A DNA stretch of 25,602 nucleotides from an uncultured delta proteobacterium (GCA_963816145.1 CAWFJP010000025.1:1-25602); one strand, 5' to 3'. Shown: positions 8,548 through 17,753, counted from the first letter of the stretch. Made by a program: numbers and translations. Notes: a model not told the origin generated them from the letters alone.

Positions 8548-9693
8548 TCAGCCGACATTTTCAGCTAGAACATTCTCATAGCGCGCCACGATTCTCGCCC
8601 ACCCAAATTCGCTCAATACCCTTTTCCTGCCGGCTTCGCCCATGGCGCCGCATTCCGGAGTGTCATGAAGCAAACGTACCAAGGCGCAACTGAGGGCAGC
8701 ATAATTCCCCGGCTCGACCAACAAACCTGTGACACCATCTTGAACCGCATCTGAAATACCGCCGCAGCGCGTCGCAACCACCGGCTTTCCCGCCGCCGCG
8801 GCCTCCAAAGCGACCATACCGAAGCCTTCGACATCCGAGGCTAAATCCAACACGGGTAACAGGACGACATCACACAGTGCATAGAGCTGAACCAACTCGT
8901 TATCGCTAACGGCTCCCAGGAGTTGCACAGGATCGGTAAGTTTCTGATTAGCGATCGCTTGGCGAATCTCGCTGGCCATATCGTCGTGATGCATCAACGA
9001 TTCCGTTGGATTGTCGCCGGCGATGACAAAACAGACTTCCGGCACTTGCTTGACGATATCGATCAGCGAATGCTCGATGAATTCTCTGACGCCCTTGCGC
9101 GGTGCCAACCGGCCGACAAAAAGAATGACCTTGCGGTTCGCGAACCCGCGTGACTGCTTGAGTGCCTCGGCGCTCGCTGCCACTTGGAAGCGCTGGCAGT
9201 CAACGCCGGGAGGGATGACCTCGATCGCGCTATCGGCCACACTTTTCTGCTGCGCCAACTTTGCCGTGTGATGGCTGTTGGCGATAACTCGATCGACGTA
9301 GCGCAGGCAGCGAACGACGACGCATTGATAGACCGAGTTACGATAGATTAGATCTAACCCATGGGCTTGAACGATCGCTTCTCGGCGAAACAGCCGGGCG
9401 AGAAGCAAAACGATTGGCGTCACCAAGACACTTCCACCGAAGATAATACGAATGCCGGGGTTGGCATGCAGCAGTGCAATCCCCTTCGTAAAGGCAAACA
9501 GAAAATAGCGCATCATGCCGGGCGCGGCGGGGCGAAAAACCATCTCCCGACCGGTGGTGAAGTTATTATCCGCAAAGGCCGTGAGCACCGACACACTATG
9601 TTTTTGACTCAAACCGGCACAGACGCTCGCAAGTAACTGCTCCATGCCGCCGCGCCTCGGCGGATAGTTCCACGTGACAACCAGTATCTCCAT
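8548..9693 (-). CDS. Glycosyltransferase family 4 (PimB-like)
   Basis: ILVVTWNYPPRRGGME, LFVGRLAPRKG, DVEGFGMVALEAAAAGKPVV. Likely start is ATG 9693; alternative TTG 9708 overlaps the methyltransferase stop. Confidence 0.92.
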   Translation of the reverse strand: MEILVVTWNYPPRRGGMEQLLASVCAGLSQKHSVSVLTAFADNNFTTGREMVFRPAAPGMMRYFLFAFTKGIALLHANPGIRIIFGGSVLVTPIVLLLARLFRREAIVQAHGLDLIYRNSVYQCVVVRCLRYVDRVIANSHHTAKLAQQKSVADSAIEVIPPGVDCQRFQVAASAEALKQSRGFANRKVILFVGRLAPRKGVREFIEHSLIDIVKQVPEVCFVIAGDNPTESLMHHDDMASEIRQAIANQKLTDPVQLLGAVSDNELVQLYALCDVVLLPVLDLASDVEGFGMVALEAAAAGKPVVATRCGGISDAVQDGVTGLLVEPGNYAALSCALVRLLHDTPECGAMGEAGRKRVLSEFGWARIVARYENVLAENVG

Positions 9694-9704
9694 CCTCGTG
9701 GTAG

Positions 9705-10481
9705 TCAACTCTTAATCGTACACAGATGATAGACTTGATACTGCCATTCAAGCGGCCAAAGAGGTAAGGCCAGCGCTTGGGCGGCGCGCATGGGCCAGGC
9801 GTGCCATGAGCCCAGAAAAATCCAAGACGGCGAGAGCACGTGCAGGTCCCGCCAGCGATAGCGCACTCGAAGACCGGCACTTTCAAAAAGCTTGCCCCAC
9901 TCGGAAAGCGCCCGGTGTTCTTCTCGAACATCGGCTTGTTGTGTCCCGGAATAGAGGCCCAAACGCAGCGGCAAGAATCCAGAATTAGGCACAAGCAGGA
10001 TAATTATTGCGCTCGGCTTGGCGACTCGCACCACCTCGCGCAACGCCGTGTCGGGGTCCAAAAAATGCTCCAACGCGCCCAAGCATGAAATCACATCGAA
10101 ATATCCATCGGCAAACGGCAATTGCTCGGCCGAACCGCAATGAAGATCGGCACCGGGAAGAGACTTGCGGCAAACCTCCAACGCCTTTTGCGAGAGATCG
10201 ATACCGGCGGGAATTGCTCCAAGTGCCGCGGCCGCGCCAAGCCACTGCCCCGTGCCGCAAGCGACGTCGAGCAAGCGCACGTCCTTCCAAGGTTGCAGCT
10301 TCCGAGCGAGCCGCCGATGGTGCGCCGGGATCATCACGCTCGCACTCACATCGGCGTAGTAAACCCGATCGTAAAACTCGCGAACTGCCTCCGTGTCCGG
10401 AATATTTTGCGTCTTCAGGTGTCGATCCACTAGATTAAGAGTCGGGCTGTCGGAAACGGTCCATCTGCGCGCCGTTGGCAA
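9705..10481 (-). CDS. Class I SAM-dependent methyltransferase
   Basis: LLDVACGTG (motif I), GIDLS, AEQLPFADGYFDVI, LEHFLDP..LRE..RV.KP. Start uncertain. Confidence 0.9.
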   Translation of the reverse strand: MPTARRWTVSDSPTLNLVDRHLKTQNIPDTEAVREFYDRVYYADVSASVMIPAHHRRLARKLQPWKDVRLLDVACGTGQWLGAAAALGAIPAGIDLSQKALEVCRKSLPGADLHCGSAEQLPFADGYFDVISCLGALEHFLDPDTALREVVRVAKPSAIIILLVPNSGFLPLRLGLYSGTQQADVREEHRALSEWGKLFESAGLRVRYRWRDLHVLSPSWIFLGSWHAWPMRAAQALALPLWPLEWQYQVYHLCTIKS

Positions 10482-11369
10482 CTAACCATCGTCATGCCTG
10501 CGGCCGGCCTCCTGGCGCTCCATGCGCAAAAGCGCAATCTGTTCGGAGATCAATCCCAACATGAAAATGATCACTGCCGTGGTCAAAGCGAACACCGACA
10601 TATTGGTGAAACGGTTCTGGGTCAAGTAGGTGTAGATGTAATTGCCAATCCCGCCGAGAAAGAAGAATACACTCACCGGTAAAAATACCCGAAACGGCGC
10701 AAACAAAGTCGCGATCTTGGTGATGATCAGCAGGAACCGAATGCCGTCGGTAACCAAGCTGATCTTGCTCTGACCGGCGCGGTAGAGGGTCTGGATCGGC
10801 ACATACTGGACGGTCAGCCCAGAGCGCAGACAGGCCAGCGTCAAAGTCGTCGGGTAGGAAAAGGTATTGGGCAGCAGATCGATGAAGCGCAGGGCGTCGC
10901 GCCGGCGAATCACCCGAAACCCCGAGGTCAGGTCTTGGACCTTGAAGCGCGTCACATAAGACGCCAGCAGATTGTAGACCATGTTGGCCAGGTTGCGATG
11001 CATGCGCAGCTTGGAACCTTTGGCGCGCGCGCCGACGACCATGTGATACCTGTCCGCGTCGGCCAAAAGTTTGGGAATGTCTTCGGGTTTGTGCTGGCCA
11101 TCGCCGTCCATCATGACGATGAATCGGCCTTTGGCGGCGCGCATACCGCTCTTCACCGCCGCGCCATTGCCGATGTTGTAAGGATGGCGCACGACGTTGG
11201 CGCCGGCCGCCATGGCGATCGCCGCGCTGCCGTCGTTGGAACCATCGTCGACGACGATGATTTCACTGTCGGGCATCCTGAGCGAATGAATCTGGCCAAT
11301 TAATTTTTTCAGATTCTCCGCTTCGTTGTAGACGGGAACGATGATTGAAGTTTCGACGGGGTTAGCCAT
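10482..11369 (-). CDS. Glycosyltransferase family 2, polyprenol-phosphate (DPM1-like) glycosyltransferase with two C-terminal TM helices
   Basis: SIIVPVYNEAE, VVDDGSND, N.GNGAAVKSG, MDGDGQH, VVGAR, DLTSGFR, R.GQSKI, then two hydrophobic segments. Confidence 0.93.
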   Translation of the reverse strand: MANPVETSIIVPVYNEAENLKKLIGQIHSLRMPDSEIIVVDDGSNDGSAAIAMAAGANVVRHPYNIGNGAAVKSGMRAAKGRFIVMMDGDGQHKPEDIPKLLADADRYHMVVGARAKGSKLRMHRNLANMVYNLLASYVTRFKVQDLTSGFRVIRRRDALRFIDLLPNTFSYPTTLTLACLRSGLTVQYVPIQTLYRAGQSKISLVTDGIRFLLIITKIATLFAPFRVFLPVSVFFFLGGIGNYIYTYLTQNRFTNMSVFALTTAVIIFMLGLISEQIALLRMERQEAGRRHDDG

Positions 11370-13143
11370 TCAGTTGATAGACTGCGTGGCCCTGGTCACG
11401 AAAGTTGAGCCGAAGCCGGCTGGCAACGAATTCGTTCCACAGGTGCGCTTGCTCCGCCGTCAAGTTGTTGCTCAAAAATCCGGTCAGGAGATCCTCACGG
11501 ATCAGCAGATGAGTGATCTGTTTTTGCCTGAGCGACTGTGCCAACTGTTCGATGCCTTTAGCGTTGCGAATGGCGCCAAGAAGAAATCCCGGCAGCTCGC
11601 CGCCGTCGTGAAAATAGTTTCTCTGACAATAATACGCTCTCCGCCCGACAAAGAGAAGATAAATTTTCGCATTCGTCGGTGTTTCCCGGTTAATGTAGCG
11701 AAACGCCGGATACTCCGGGAGCGTTCGCGTCAGATAGCCGTCGCGGCTTTCCGCGCCAACCAGATAAGGCCAGGGTGCCGCCGCCGCGACATATTTCCAC
11801 AGAAATGCGCCATGCCACGCGGCGCAGAGCAACAACCCAGTAAACAAAATCGCCGGTCGCTTGATCCGGGTGTAAATGTTGAACACTCCGTAAACCATCA
11901 GAATGACCAACGGCGGGACGATCGGCAACACATAGCGCACCCGCAAATCGACCAAGAATATCCCGTACAAAAACGTTAGCAGGGAAAAGCCGGCGAGCAA
12001 CTTCTTGTCGTCAGACCACTTTCCCCGAAACGCCCAGGGCAGCAACAAGATCAGAATCGGCGTCAGCACACCGTCGAAGAACTGCGGATTGTCGTCCCGG
12101 CCGGAGAAGAAAAGCCGCAGCGGCAGCGTGACAATCTGCCAGACGTCCTCGCCGTACAAGAGTTCGCGCTTGGCGAAAATGCCGATGCCTGCAAAGCTGG
12201 CCGCCTGCGCGCCCACGCCCGCCTGCGCGCTGAACCAACCGGGGAAGAACGGATAAAAAGGATTGCCGGTTTGCCACCAATTCTTGCCGAGCCAGGGGAA
12301 AAACGGCAGGAACGCGAGCACGCCAAATAGAGCGGTTTCGCCAATCGACGCAAAAAAACTTTTCCGCGGTGGTTTGGCCAAGACGAGGGCGAACAACATC
12401 GTGACTATAAGCGCTGCGACCAAACCATTGGGCTTGGTTGCTAAGGCGAACCCCAAAGACAAGCCGGCTAACGCGAGGGCGCCGAGGGCGTTGCGATCTT
12501 CCCGCCAGCGAAGGAGCAATAGTAGCGCCGCCGTGGTGTAAAACGTGATGCCGAGATCGATATAACCCCAATGACTGAGCCGCAAAATCACCGGCGTGGA
12601 GAGGAAGAAAAAGGCGCCGAGCAAGCCGTAAACCGGGTTCATCCGCCACGCTAAATACCCATAGAGAAGCAGTCCCGTGAGCGCGCCGTAAAGCGCGTGA
12701 ATCCATTTGGGCACGAAGTCATAGCCCCAATAAATCCAAGGCGTATAGAGCATGTCGACCAGCATCGGATAGTAGGCGTAGGGCGCCACCGGCACTTCGA
12801 CGATGCGCCCGGCATCGGCGTAGAGCTTGGGTATCGCCAGATGATGGGTCAGCTCATCACGGCTGGTCGGCGGCAAAACCCCGAGAAGAATTTCGGCGAT
12901 CAGAATCACCAAGATGCCGAACCAGATGCTCCGGCCGACCCAACCGGTCTGGGTAAACAGCGCAAAGAAGTTAGCGAGAAAAAATAGCAACGCCGCCGCA
13001 AGAACCGCGGCGATACCAAGATTGAGCAGCGCACTGTGAACAAAACCCGCCAAGCCGGCGAGCAAGTACACCGTCCCCGCCACCCCGAGCAGACAACCGA
13101 CCGCGCAAGTGCGCGTCAAGAGTTGTGAGAAGCGCTCGCCCAT
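11362..13143 (-). CDS. Multi-pass membrane GT-C-fold glycosyltransferase (ArnT/PMT-like)
   Basis: More than 10 hydrophobic segments, PPTSRDELTHHL after an early TM (acidic loop), YYPMLVD, YIDL, ATKPNG, TGNPFYP and RYVLP. Start set at ATG 13143 (MGERF); the ORF track extends it to 13293. Confidence 0.75.
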   Translation of the reverse strand: MGERFSQLLTRTCAVGCLLGVAGTVYLLAGLAGFVHSALLNLGIAAVLAAALLFFLANFFALFTQTGWVGRSIWFGILVILIAEILLGVLPPTSRDELTHHLAIPKLYADAGRIVEVPVAPYAYYPMLVDMLYTPWIYWGYDFVPKWIHALYGALTGLLLYGYLAWRMNPVYGLLGAFFFLSTPVILRLSHWGYIDLGITFYTTAALLLLLRWREDRNALGALALAGLSLGFALATKPNGLVAALIVTMLFALVLAKPPRKSFFASIGETALFGVLAFLPFFPWLGKNWWQTGNPFYPFFPGWFSAQAGVGAQAASFAGIGIFAKRELLYGEDVWQIVTLPLRLFFSGRDDNPQFFDGVLTPILILLLPWAFRGKWSDDKKLLAGFSLLTFLYGIFLVDLRVRYVLPIVPPLVILMVYGVFNIYTRIKRPAILFTGLLLCAAWHGAFLWKYVAAAAPWPYLVGAESRDGYLTRTLPEYPAFRYINRETPTNAKIYLLFVGRRAYYCQRNYFHDGGELPGFLLGAIRNAKGIEQLAQSLRQKQITHLLIREDLLTGFLSNNLTAEQAHLWNEFVASRLRLNFRDQGHAVYQLNG

Positions 13144-13301
13144 CAGACTCCGTTGCTGCTCCAGCGGCTGGCCGCCGCTGGCCCAAGGCGAGCCAACCCA
13201 CCAGGCTTCGCGTCGAGAAGAATAACGGCAGTCACCAATAGGAGCGGGGCAAACAAAAGATTTACGATTTTCGCCGGAGCGGAAATGGATCAAGTTTGTC
13301 C

Positions 13302-13327
13302 GCGCGCGGCTGCCGTCAACCGCGCGC
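13302..13327 (-). terminator. GC-rich stem-loop downstream of the lipoyl-domain gene
   Basis: Minus-strand RNA GCGCGCGGUUG-ACGG-CAGCCGCGCGC (11-bp stem with one G-U), 17 nt after the stop; no U-tract. Confidence 0.4.
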
Positions 13328-13344
13328 AGTTGAGTTATCGCGAA

Positions 13345-13587
13345 CTACGGATCGATCACGGCAACCGCCGCGCCGAATTTGACGAAGTCCCCCTCTTTGG
13401 CACTCACCTCAGCGAGAGTGCCATCCGCCGGAGCTTCGATCTCGACGTTGACCTTATCGGTCTCGACTTCGAGCAGCGCTTCGCCCTTCTTGACGGCCGA
13501 CCCGGAAGCTTTGATCCAGCGCAGGATTCTTACCTCGTCGCTCTCATCGCTCGATCCCAAGCGCGGCACGATGACTTCGGTCTTCAC
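13345..13587 (-). CDS. Stand-alone lipoyl-carrier (biotin/lipoyl attachment) domain protein
   Basis: 80 aa, P.LG, W....G..VKKGE.LLEVETDKVNVEIEAP.DG; ETDK is the lipoyl-lysine turn (a biotin carrier would be EAMKM). Confidence 0.9.
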   Translation of the reverse strand: MKTEVIVPRLGSSDESDEVRILRWIKASGSAVKKGEALLEVETDKVNVEIEAPADGTLAEVSAKEGDFVKFGAAVAVIDP

Positions 13588-13595
13588 GGGCGATC

Positions 13596-14198
13596 CTAGA
13601 GCGACGGGGCATCGAAGCTATCGGCCAAGGACTTGAGCTTCAAGGTTTGACGCATGTTTTCAAGAAAGGCGTGAACGTTCTTGTACTGCGCCGGCACATC
13701 ATACTTCACCGCAGTGTAGAGATAATGCAATTGCGAGAAGATCGAGATATCGGCGATGGTCATCTTGTTGTCGAAGATGAATTTCTTGCCGGCATACATC
13801 AGGTCGAGGGAATTGAAAAGGGTACCCCACTCCGCTTCGGCCTTTTGTTTCGCTTCCGGAGTGTCAGCCCGGCGCATCGCGTGGTTGGCATGGACCAACA
13901 CTTCATCGGACCAGTCCTCGATCGCCAAGCATAGGCCCTTGTTATTGGCGCCTTCCGGATAAATGCTGTTCTGCGGATGATCCTTCTCCAACCGCGCCGA
14001 GATCACCGTCGAGTCGATGACGCATTCGCCGTTGTAATTGAGCGTCGGCACTTTGCGCTGATTGGTGTATTCGAGCAGCGACTTGCGCTCGTCGGCGCGC
14101 ACATCGATGACTTCGTAGGGCACCTTCTTCAGCGCGAAGACCACCCGGACCTTTTCGCAAAACATCGAAGTTTGGGAATTAAACAATTTGATCGCCAT
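13596..14198 (-). CDS. Glutathione S-transferase family protein
   Basis: SMFCEKVR, KVPTL (cis-Pro), IDSTVI, C-terminal MTIADI; RBS GGGAGG upstream. Confidence 0.9.
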   Translation of the reverse strand: MAIKLFNSQTSMFCEKVRVVFALKKVPYEVIDVRADERKSLLEYTNQRKVPTLNYNGECVIDSTVISARLEKDHPQNSIYPEGANNKGLCLAIEDWSDEVLVHANHAMRRADTPEAKQKAEAEWGTLFNSLDLMYAGKKFIFDNKMTIADISIFSQLHYLYTAVKYDVPAQYKNVHAFLENMRQTLKLKSLADSFDAPSL

Positions 14199-14347
14199 GA
14201 TTTCGAACCTCCCTGGGTATTTATTTTATATAAGAAACCGTTGAATTTGCCTATGCGGCAAGTGCCGAAGATATGCCGGCGCCGCCCGTGCATAGTAAGC
14301 CATGCATCAAATCGGCTTAATTCTCAACCCCGTGCCGGCCGCTGTTA

Positions 14348-14376
14348 TTGACCTTAGCGGAGTTCGTGAGTATTCT
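14348..14376 (+). promoter_or_regulatory. Putative sigma-70 promoter of the small CxxC protein
   Basis: TTGACC-17 nt-TATTCT, upstream of a GAGGA RBS and ATG 14415. Confidence 0.55.
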
Positions 14377-14414
14377 TCTGCGAACCGCGAGGGCAAGGTT
14401 TCACGAGGAACAAG

Positions 14415-14627
14415 ATGGCGAAGTACCTACAGTGCAGCGAATGCGGCAAGCTGGCCTTTTACTACGATGACTTTGTCGGCACCGAAAAGCCTTTCTACAA
14501 ACGCTTCATGCGCTACCCCGAAGGCGAGACCAAGCATGAACCACCCCGCTGCTTCAACTGTGGCGGCGTGCCGCGGCTGATCCACGACAACATCAAGGAA
14601 GAAAAAGCCGCCGCGGCCAAGCACTAA
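14415..14627 (+). CDS. Small hypothetical zinc-ribbon-like protein (70 aa)
   Basis: CSEC...CFNC pair, RBS GAGGA, GC-ending codon preference like the core genes, own promoter-like sequence. Confidence 0.8.
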   Translation: MAKYLQCSECGKLAFYYDDFVGTEKPFYKRFMRYPEGETKHEPPRCFNCGGVPRLIHDNIKEEKAAAAKH

Positions 14628-14640
14628 GCGGTCCGCAACT

Positions 14641-14961
14641 TTATCGAGTCCGCGCAGCGATCGCCTTCAGGTGCTCTTGCACCACTTCACGAGGACACAG
14701 ATTAAGAAATAGCTTTAAGCCGCCGAGGATCACCGCCAGGTCGTCCAGTTGTCCGAAACCGATAAGAAAGTCCGGCAAGAGGTCGCCGGGTAAGATCACA
14801 TAGGCCAAGATCCCGGCCAACAGCAGCTTGGGGCTGACGGAGACTCGCGGATCTTTGATCAAACGGGAAAACAGCTTCACAAAGCTCGGCAGATGGGTGA
14901 GCAGCTGGAAAAAACTTCGCCACCCCATTTGCCGGATGATTCCTGTCGGTTTTATTGCCAT
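14641..14961 (-). CDS. DUF1232 (YkvA-like) small membrane protein
   Basis: DPRVS...K......AY.ILP.DLLPDF..GFGQLDDL signature. Confidence 0.9.
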   Translation of the reverse strand: MAIKPTGIIRQMGWRSFFQLLTHLPSFVKLFSRLIKDPRVSVSPKLLLAGILAYVILPGDLLPDFLIGFGQLDDLAVILGGLKLFLNLCPREVVQEHLKAIAARTR

Positions 14962-15446
14962 GTCTTTAGCCCTCGGTCAGCTAACAGAAGCCCGCTAGTC
15001 GGTGCTTATTACATGGCAAAGCTGTCATGGCGAATGACGCAAATCTGGAGTCTCGCGTAGGCCTGCTTGAACATGGCGAGTAAGTGGGCGGCGAGCTTAT
15101 CAACTCGAATAATCCGTGGTGCACCAAAGTTCTGGCGTGCATCACGTGGATCATAAGCGCGGCTTCGAAATTTGCACTGGCTTGGATCCGTCGAAACTAA
15201 TGTACCGCGGTGCCAATTCGCTGGCTTTCGTGAGCGCCGCCTGCTCATCCATGAAAGACGATGAAAACTCGGTCAATAGAATTCCCGCACTGTCGGCCAA
15301 GGGTAGATCACCTTTCAGCCGCGGCTGCACTTCAATGCAAATTAATTTGTGTGCTGTAAACTTAGACTACCGTGACAAAGATTGCGCTATAACCAGTAGA
15401 AATATTGGTAGATAGTATTCGAAAAGTTGCCGCTAAGAGAATTATT

Positions 15447-15523
<77 letters not shown>

Positions 15524-16387
15524 CTAGTTTGGGATGGTTTTTAGGTACTCGAGCACTTTATCTCTAAGGTCTGGCCTTTTCAACGCATAGGCCACGGTCG
15601 CCCGGACAAAACCGAATTTATCGCCGATATCGTAACGGTCGCCGACAAACTCACAGCCAAATATTTTCCGTTCACGGACCAATTGCGCCAGGCCATCGGT
15701 AAGCTGTATCTCGCCGCCCCGCCCCGGCGGCAGATTTTGTAATATCTTGAAGATCTCCGGGCGCAGCACATAACGGCCGATGATTGCCATGCGCGACGGG
15801 GCATCCTTTGCCAGCGGTTTTTCCACTGTCCCTTCAACCTGGTAAAGCCGCTTTTTTATTTCCCGGCCCTTGATGACGCCGTATTGATGCACCTCGGCTT
15901 GCGGCACTTCCATCAGCGCAACCACGGATTCGTTAGTCTCTTCGAAGATCTGGAGCAGCTGGCGGATACCCGGCACCTCGGCGTCGATCAAGTCGTCGGC
16001 GAGCATCACCGCAAACGCCTCGTCGCCGACTAGATCGCGAGCGCAAAGCACCGCGTGACCAAGGCCCAGGGGCTTTTTCTGCCGCACCGAAACCACTTCG
16101 GTCATCTCGGCGATCTTGCGGAGAGTCTGGGCCATCTCAAGGTTGCCGCGCTCGGTGAGCACCTGCTCCAATTCCGGTGCTTCGTCGAAGTGATCTTCGA
16201 TGCCGTCTTTACCGCGTCCGGTAACGAAAATAATTTCTTCGATGCCCGCTTCCATCGCCTCCTGGACGACATACTGGATCGACGGAATATCGACGATCGG
16301 CAGCAACTCTTTGGGCACAGTTTTGGTTGCCGGCAAGAAGCGCGTGCCGAGTCCAGCCACGGGAATAACCGCTTTGCGAAGTTTCAT
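15524..16387 (-). CDS. galU: UTP--glucose-1-phosphate uridylyltransferase
   Basis: KAVIPVAGLGTRFLPATKTVPKELLPIVD, RQKKPLGLGHAV, VEKP, GEIQLTD, RYDIGDK. Confidence 0.97.
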   Translation of the reverse strand: MKLRKAVIPVAGLGTRFLPATKTVPKELLPIVDIPSIQYVVQEAMEAGIEEIIFVTGRGKDGIEDHFDEAPELEQVLTERGNLEMAQTLRKIAEMTEVVSVRQKKPLGLGHAVLCARDLVGDEAFAVMLADDLIDAEVPGIRQLLQIFEETNESVVALMEVPQAEVHQYGVIKGREIKKRLYQVEGTVEKPLAKDAPSRMAIIGRYVLRPEIFKILQNLPPGRGGEIQLTDGLAQLVRERKIFGCEFVGDRYDIGDKFGFVRATVAYALKRPDLRDKVLEYLKTIPN

Positions 16388-16405
16388 GGCGTTTGAAATG
16401 GCCGG

Positions 16406-16771
16406 TCAGACGACCCGCTTGGCCTTTCTCTCTTCGACTTCCTGGTCGGATTTACACTGAATGCACAGCGTCGTCACCGGGCGGGCTTTGAGCCGGGCGG
16501 TGCCGATCTCTTCGCCGCACTCTTCACAGATGCCATAGGCGCCGGCTTCGAGCCGCTCCAAGGCTTCCTGTATCTTGAATATGAGTTTGCGCTCGCGGTC
16601 GCGCATGCGCAGCATCGAATTGCGATTAGATTCCATCGACGCCCGGTCGGTGGGATCGGGGAAATTTTCTTCCTCGTCCATGGTACCGACGGTCTTGCCG
16701 GCTTCGGCGCGCAACTCATCGATGCGCTCACTCAACATTTTGCGAAAATATGCGGTGTCTCTAGTGTTCAA
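16406..16771 (-). CDS. dksA: RNA polymerase-binding protein DksA
   Basis: FPDPTDRA coiled-coil tip, RDRERKLI.KI, YGICEECGEEI...RL.ARP.TTLCIQCK zinc finger. Likely TTG start at 16771 after AGGTGA (alternative GTG 16786). Confidence 0.95.
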   Translation of the reverse strand: MNTRDTAYFRKMLSERIDELRAEAGKTVGTMDEEENFPDPTDRASMESNRNSMLRMRDRERKLIFKIQEALERLEAGAYGICEECGEEIGTARLKARPVTTLCIQCKSDQEVEERKAKRVV

Positions 16772-16797
16772 AAAATCACCTATCACGAATAGCCGGT

Positions 16798-16825
16798 ATT
16801 ATAAGGCACAATGCCCAAACATCAA
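16798..16825 (-). promoter_or_regulatory. Putative sigma-70 promoter of dksA-galU-tRNA
   Basis: Minus strand TTGATG-16 nt-TATAAT. Confidence 0.55.
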
Positions 16826-16931
16826 CCTGGATTCACCGAGTTTTTTTGATCCCGAAATCGGCAGTCGATACCTCACGCCGGGCGCCAAGTCCAACTGCGG
16901 CAGCAAAGTTGAAGAGAAGAAAATGGCTAAA

Positions 16932-17753
16932 TCAGTCACCGAAACTATTGGAACGCGGATAGGCGAGCACGTAGACCTCGGTCGCTTTCGGGAGCATGGA
17001 GCGATTTAACGTAAGCTGAGACTCTGCTAAGCGCTTGACCGGGTAATGCTCTTTGGCGAAGGCGGCAAACAGCTCGGCTTGGCGCGCGATATCGTAATGC
17101 ATCGGAATCACGATCGGCGGTTTCACCTGGTCGATCACCTTTATGACATCTTCAAAACCGAGATTGGTCATCGCATCGATCGGCACCATCATGACATCGA
17201 TGTGCTGCAGCACCTTGACCTGCTCGTCGGTGAGCAAGTGGCCGATGTTGCCCAGATGGGCGAGACATAGGCTACCCATCTCATAGACGAAGATCGAGTT
17301 GGCAATCGCACCCCAATTGGCGCTACGCTGGCTGGGAATATTGACGATGGTGATATCTTTCACGCTGGTGCGAATCGGTTGCCAGGTCTGTTTGAAAGTA
17401 ATGCCGCGCAGAATCAGCGGATTGCCGGTCACCGCGCCGGTATTGTTATGGGTGAAGTGATCGTTGCTGACAGTCACCGCGTCGGCTTGAATTCCGGGCG
17501 TCACATTGAAATTGGGATCGGCGACGACTTTGGTTTGGCTGCCGGAGTGAATCAAAAAACTCGAATGGCCATACCACTGGAGAAAATAAGAACCGAGCAC
17601 CAGGCTTTTGCCGATATTGCCGCGAGTCTGAACCAGCTGGCGTCCGTGATGAAAGAAATGCACCACCGACGGATTGCACACCGCTTCGACAATTTCACGT
17701 AGAGGAAGGAGCAGAAAGCTCGTGAGGGCGCCAATAAAACTTCGTCGTTTCAT
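16932..17753 (-). CDS. Tat-signal MBL-fold (Lactamase_B_3-like) protein with degenerate metal ligands
   Basis: MKRRSFIG twin-arginine signal, WYGHSSFLI, VVADP, VTVSNDHFTHN, HLGNIGH, IVIPMHY; strong RBS GAGGAGGAG. Confidence 0.85.
   Translation of the reverse strand: MKRRSFIGALTSFLLLPLREIVEAVCNPSVVHFFHHGRQLVQTRGNIGKSLVLGSYFLQWYGHSSFLIHSGSQTKVVADPNFNVTPGIQADAVTVSNDHFTHNNTGAVTGNPLILRGITFKQTWQPIRTSVKDITIVNIPSQRSANWGAIANSIFVYEMGSLCLAHLGNIGHLLTDEQVKVLQHIDVMMVPIDAMTNLGFEDVIKVIDQVKPPIVIPMHYDIARQAELFAAFAKEHYPVKRLAESQLTLNRSMLPKATEVYVLAYPRSNSFGD

Noticed and set aside
11341-12706. 212-aa plus ORF and 231-aa alternative-frame minus ORF within the GT-C gene
   Set aside because: Shadow frames of a GC-rich gene, Arg-rich or motif-free.
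15009-15415. 79-aa minus and 99-aa plus ORFs next to the tRNA
   Set aside because: Mutually overlapping, no RBS, no motif; not called as genes.
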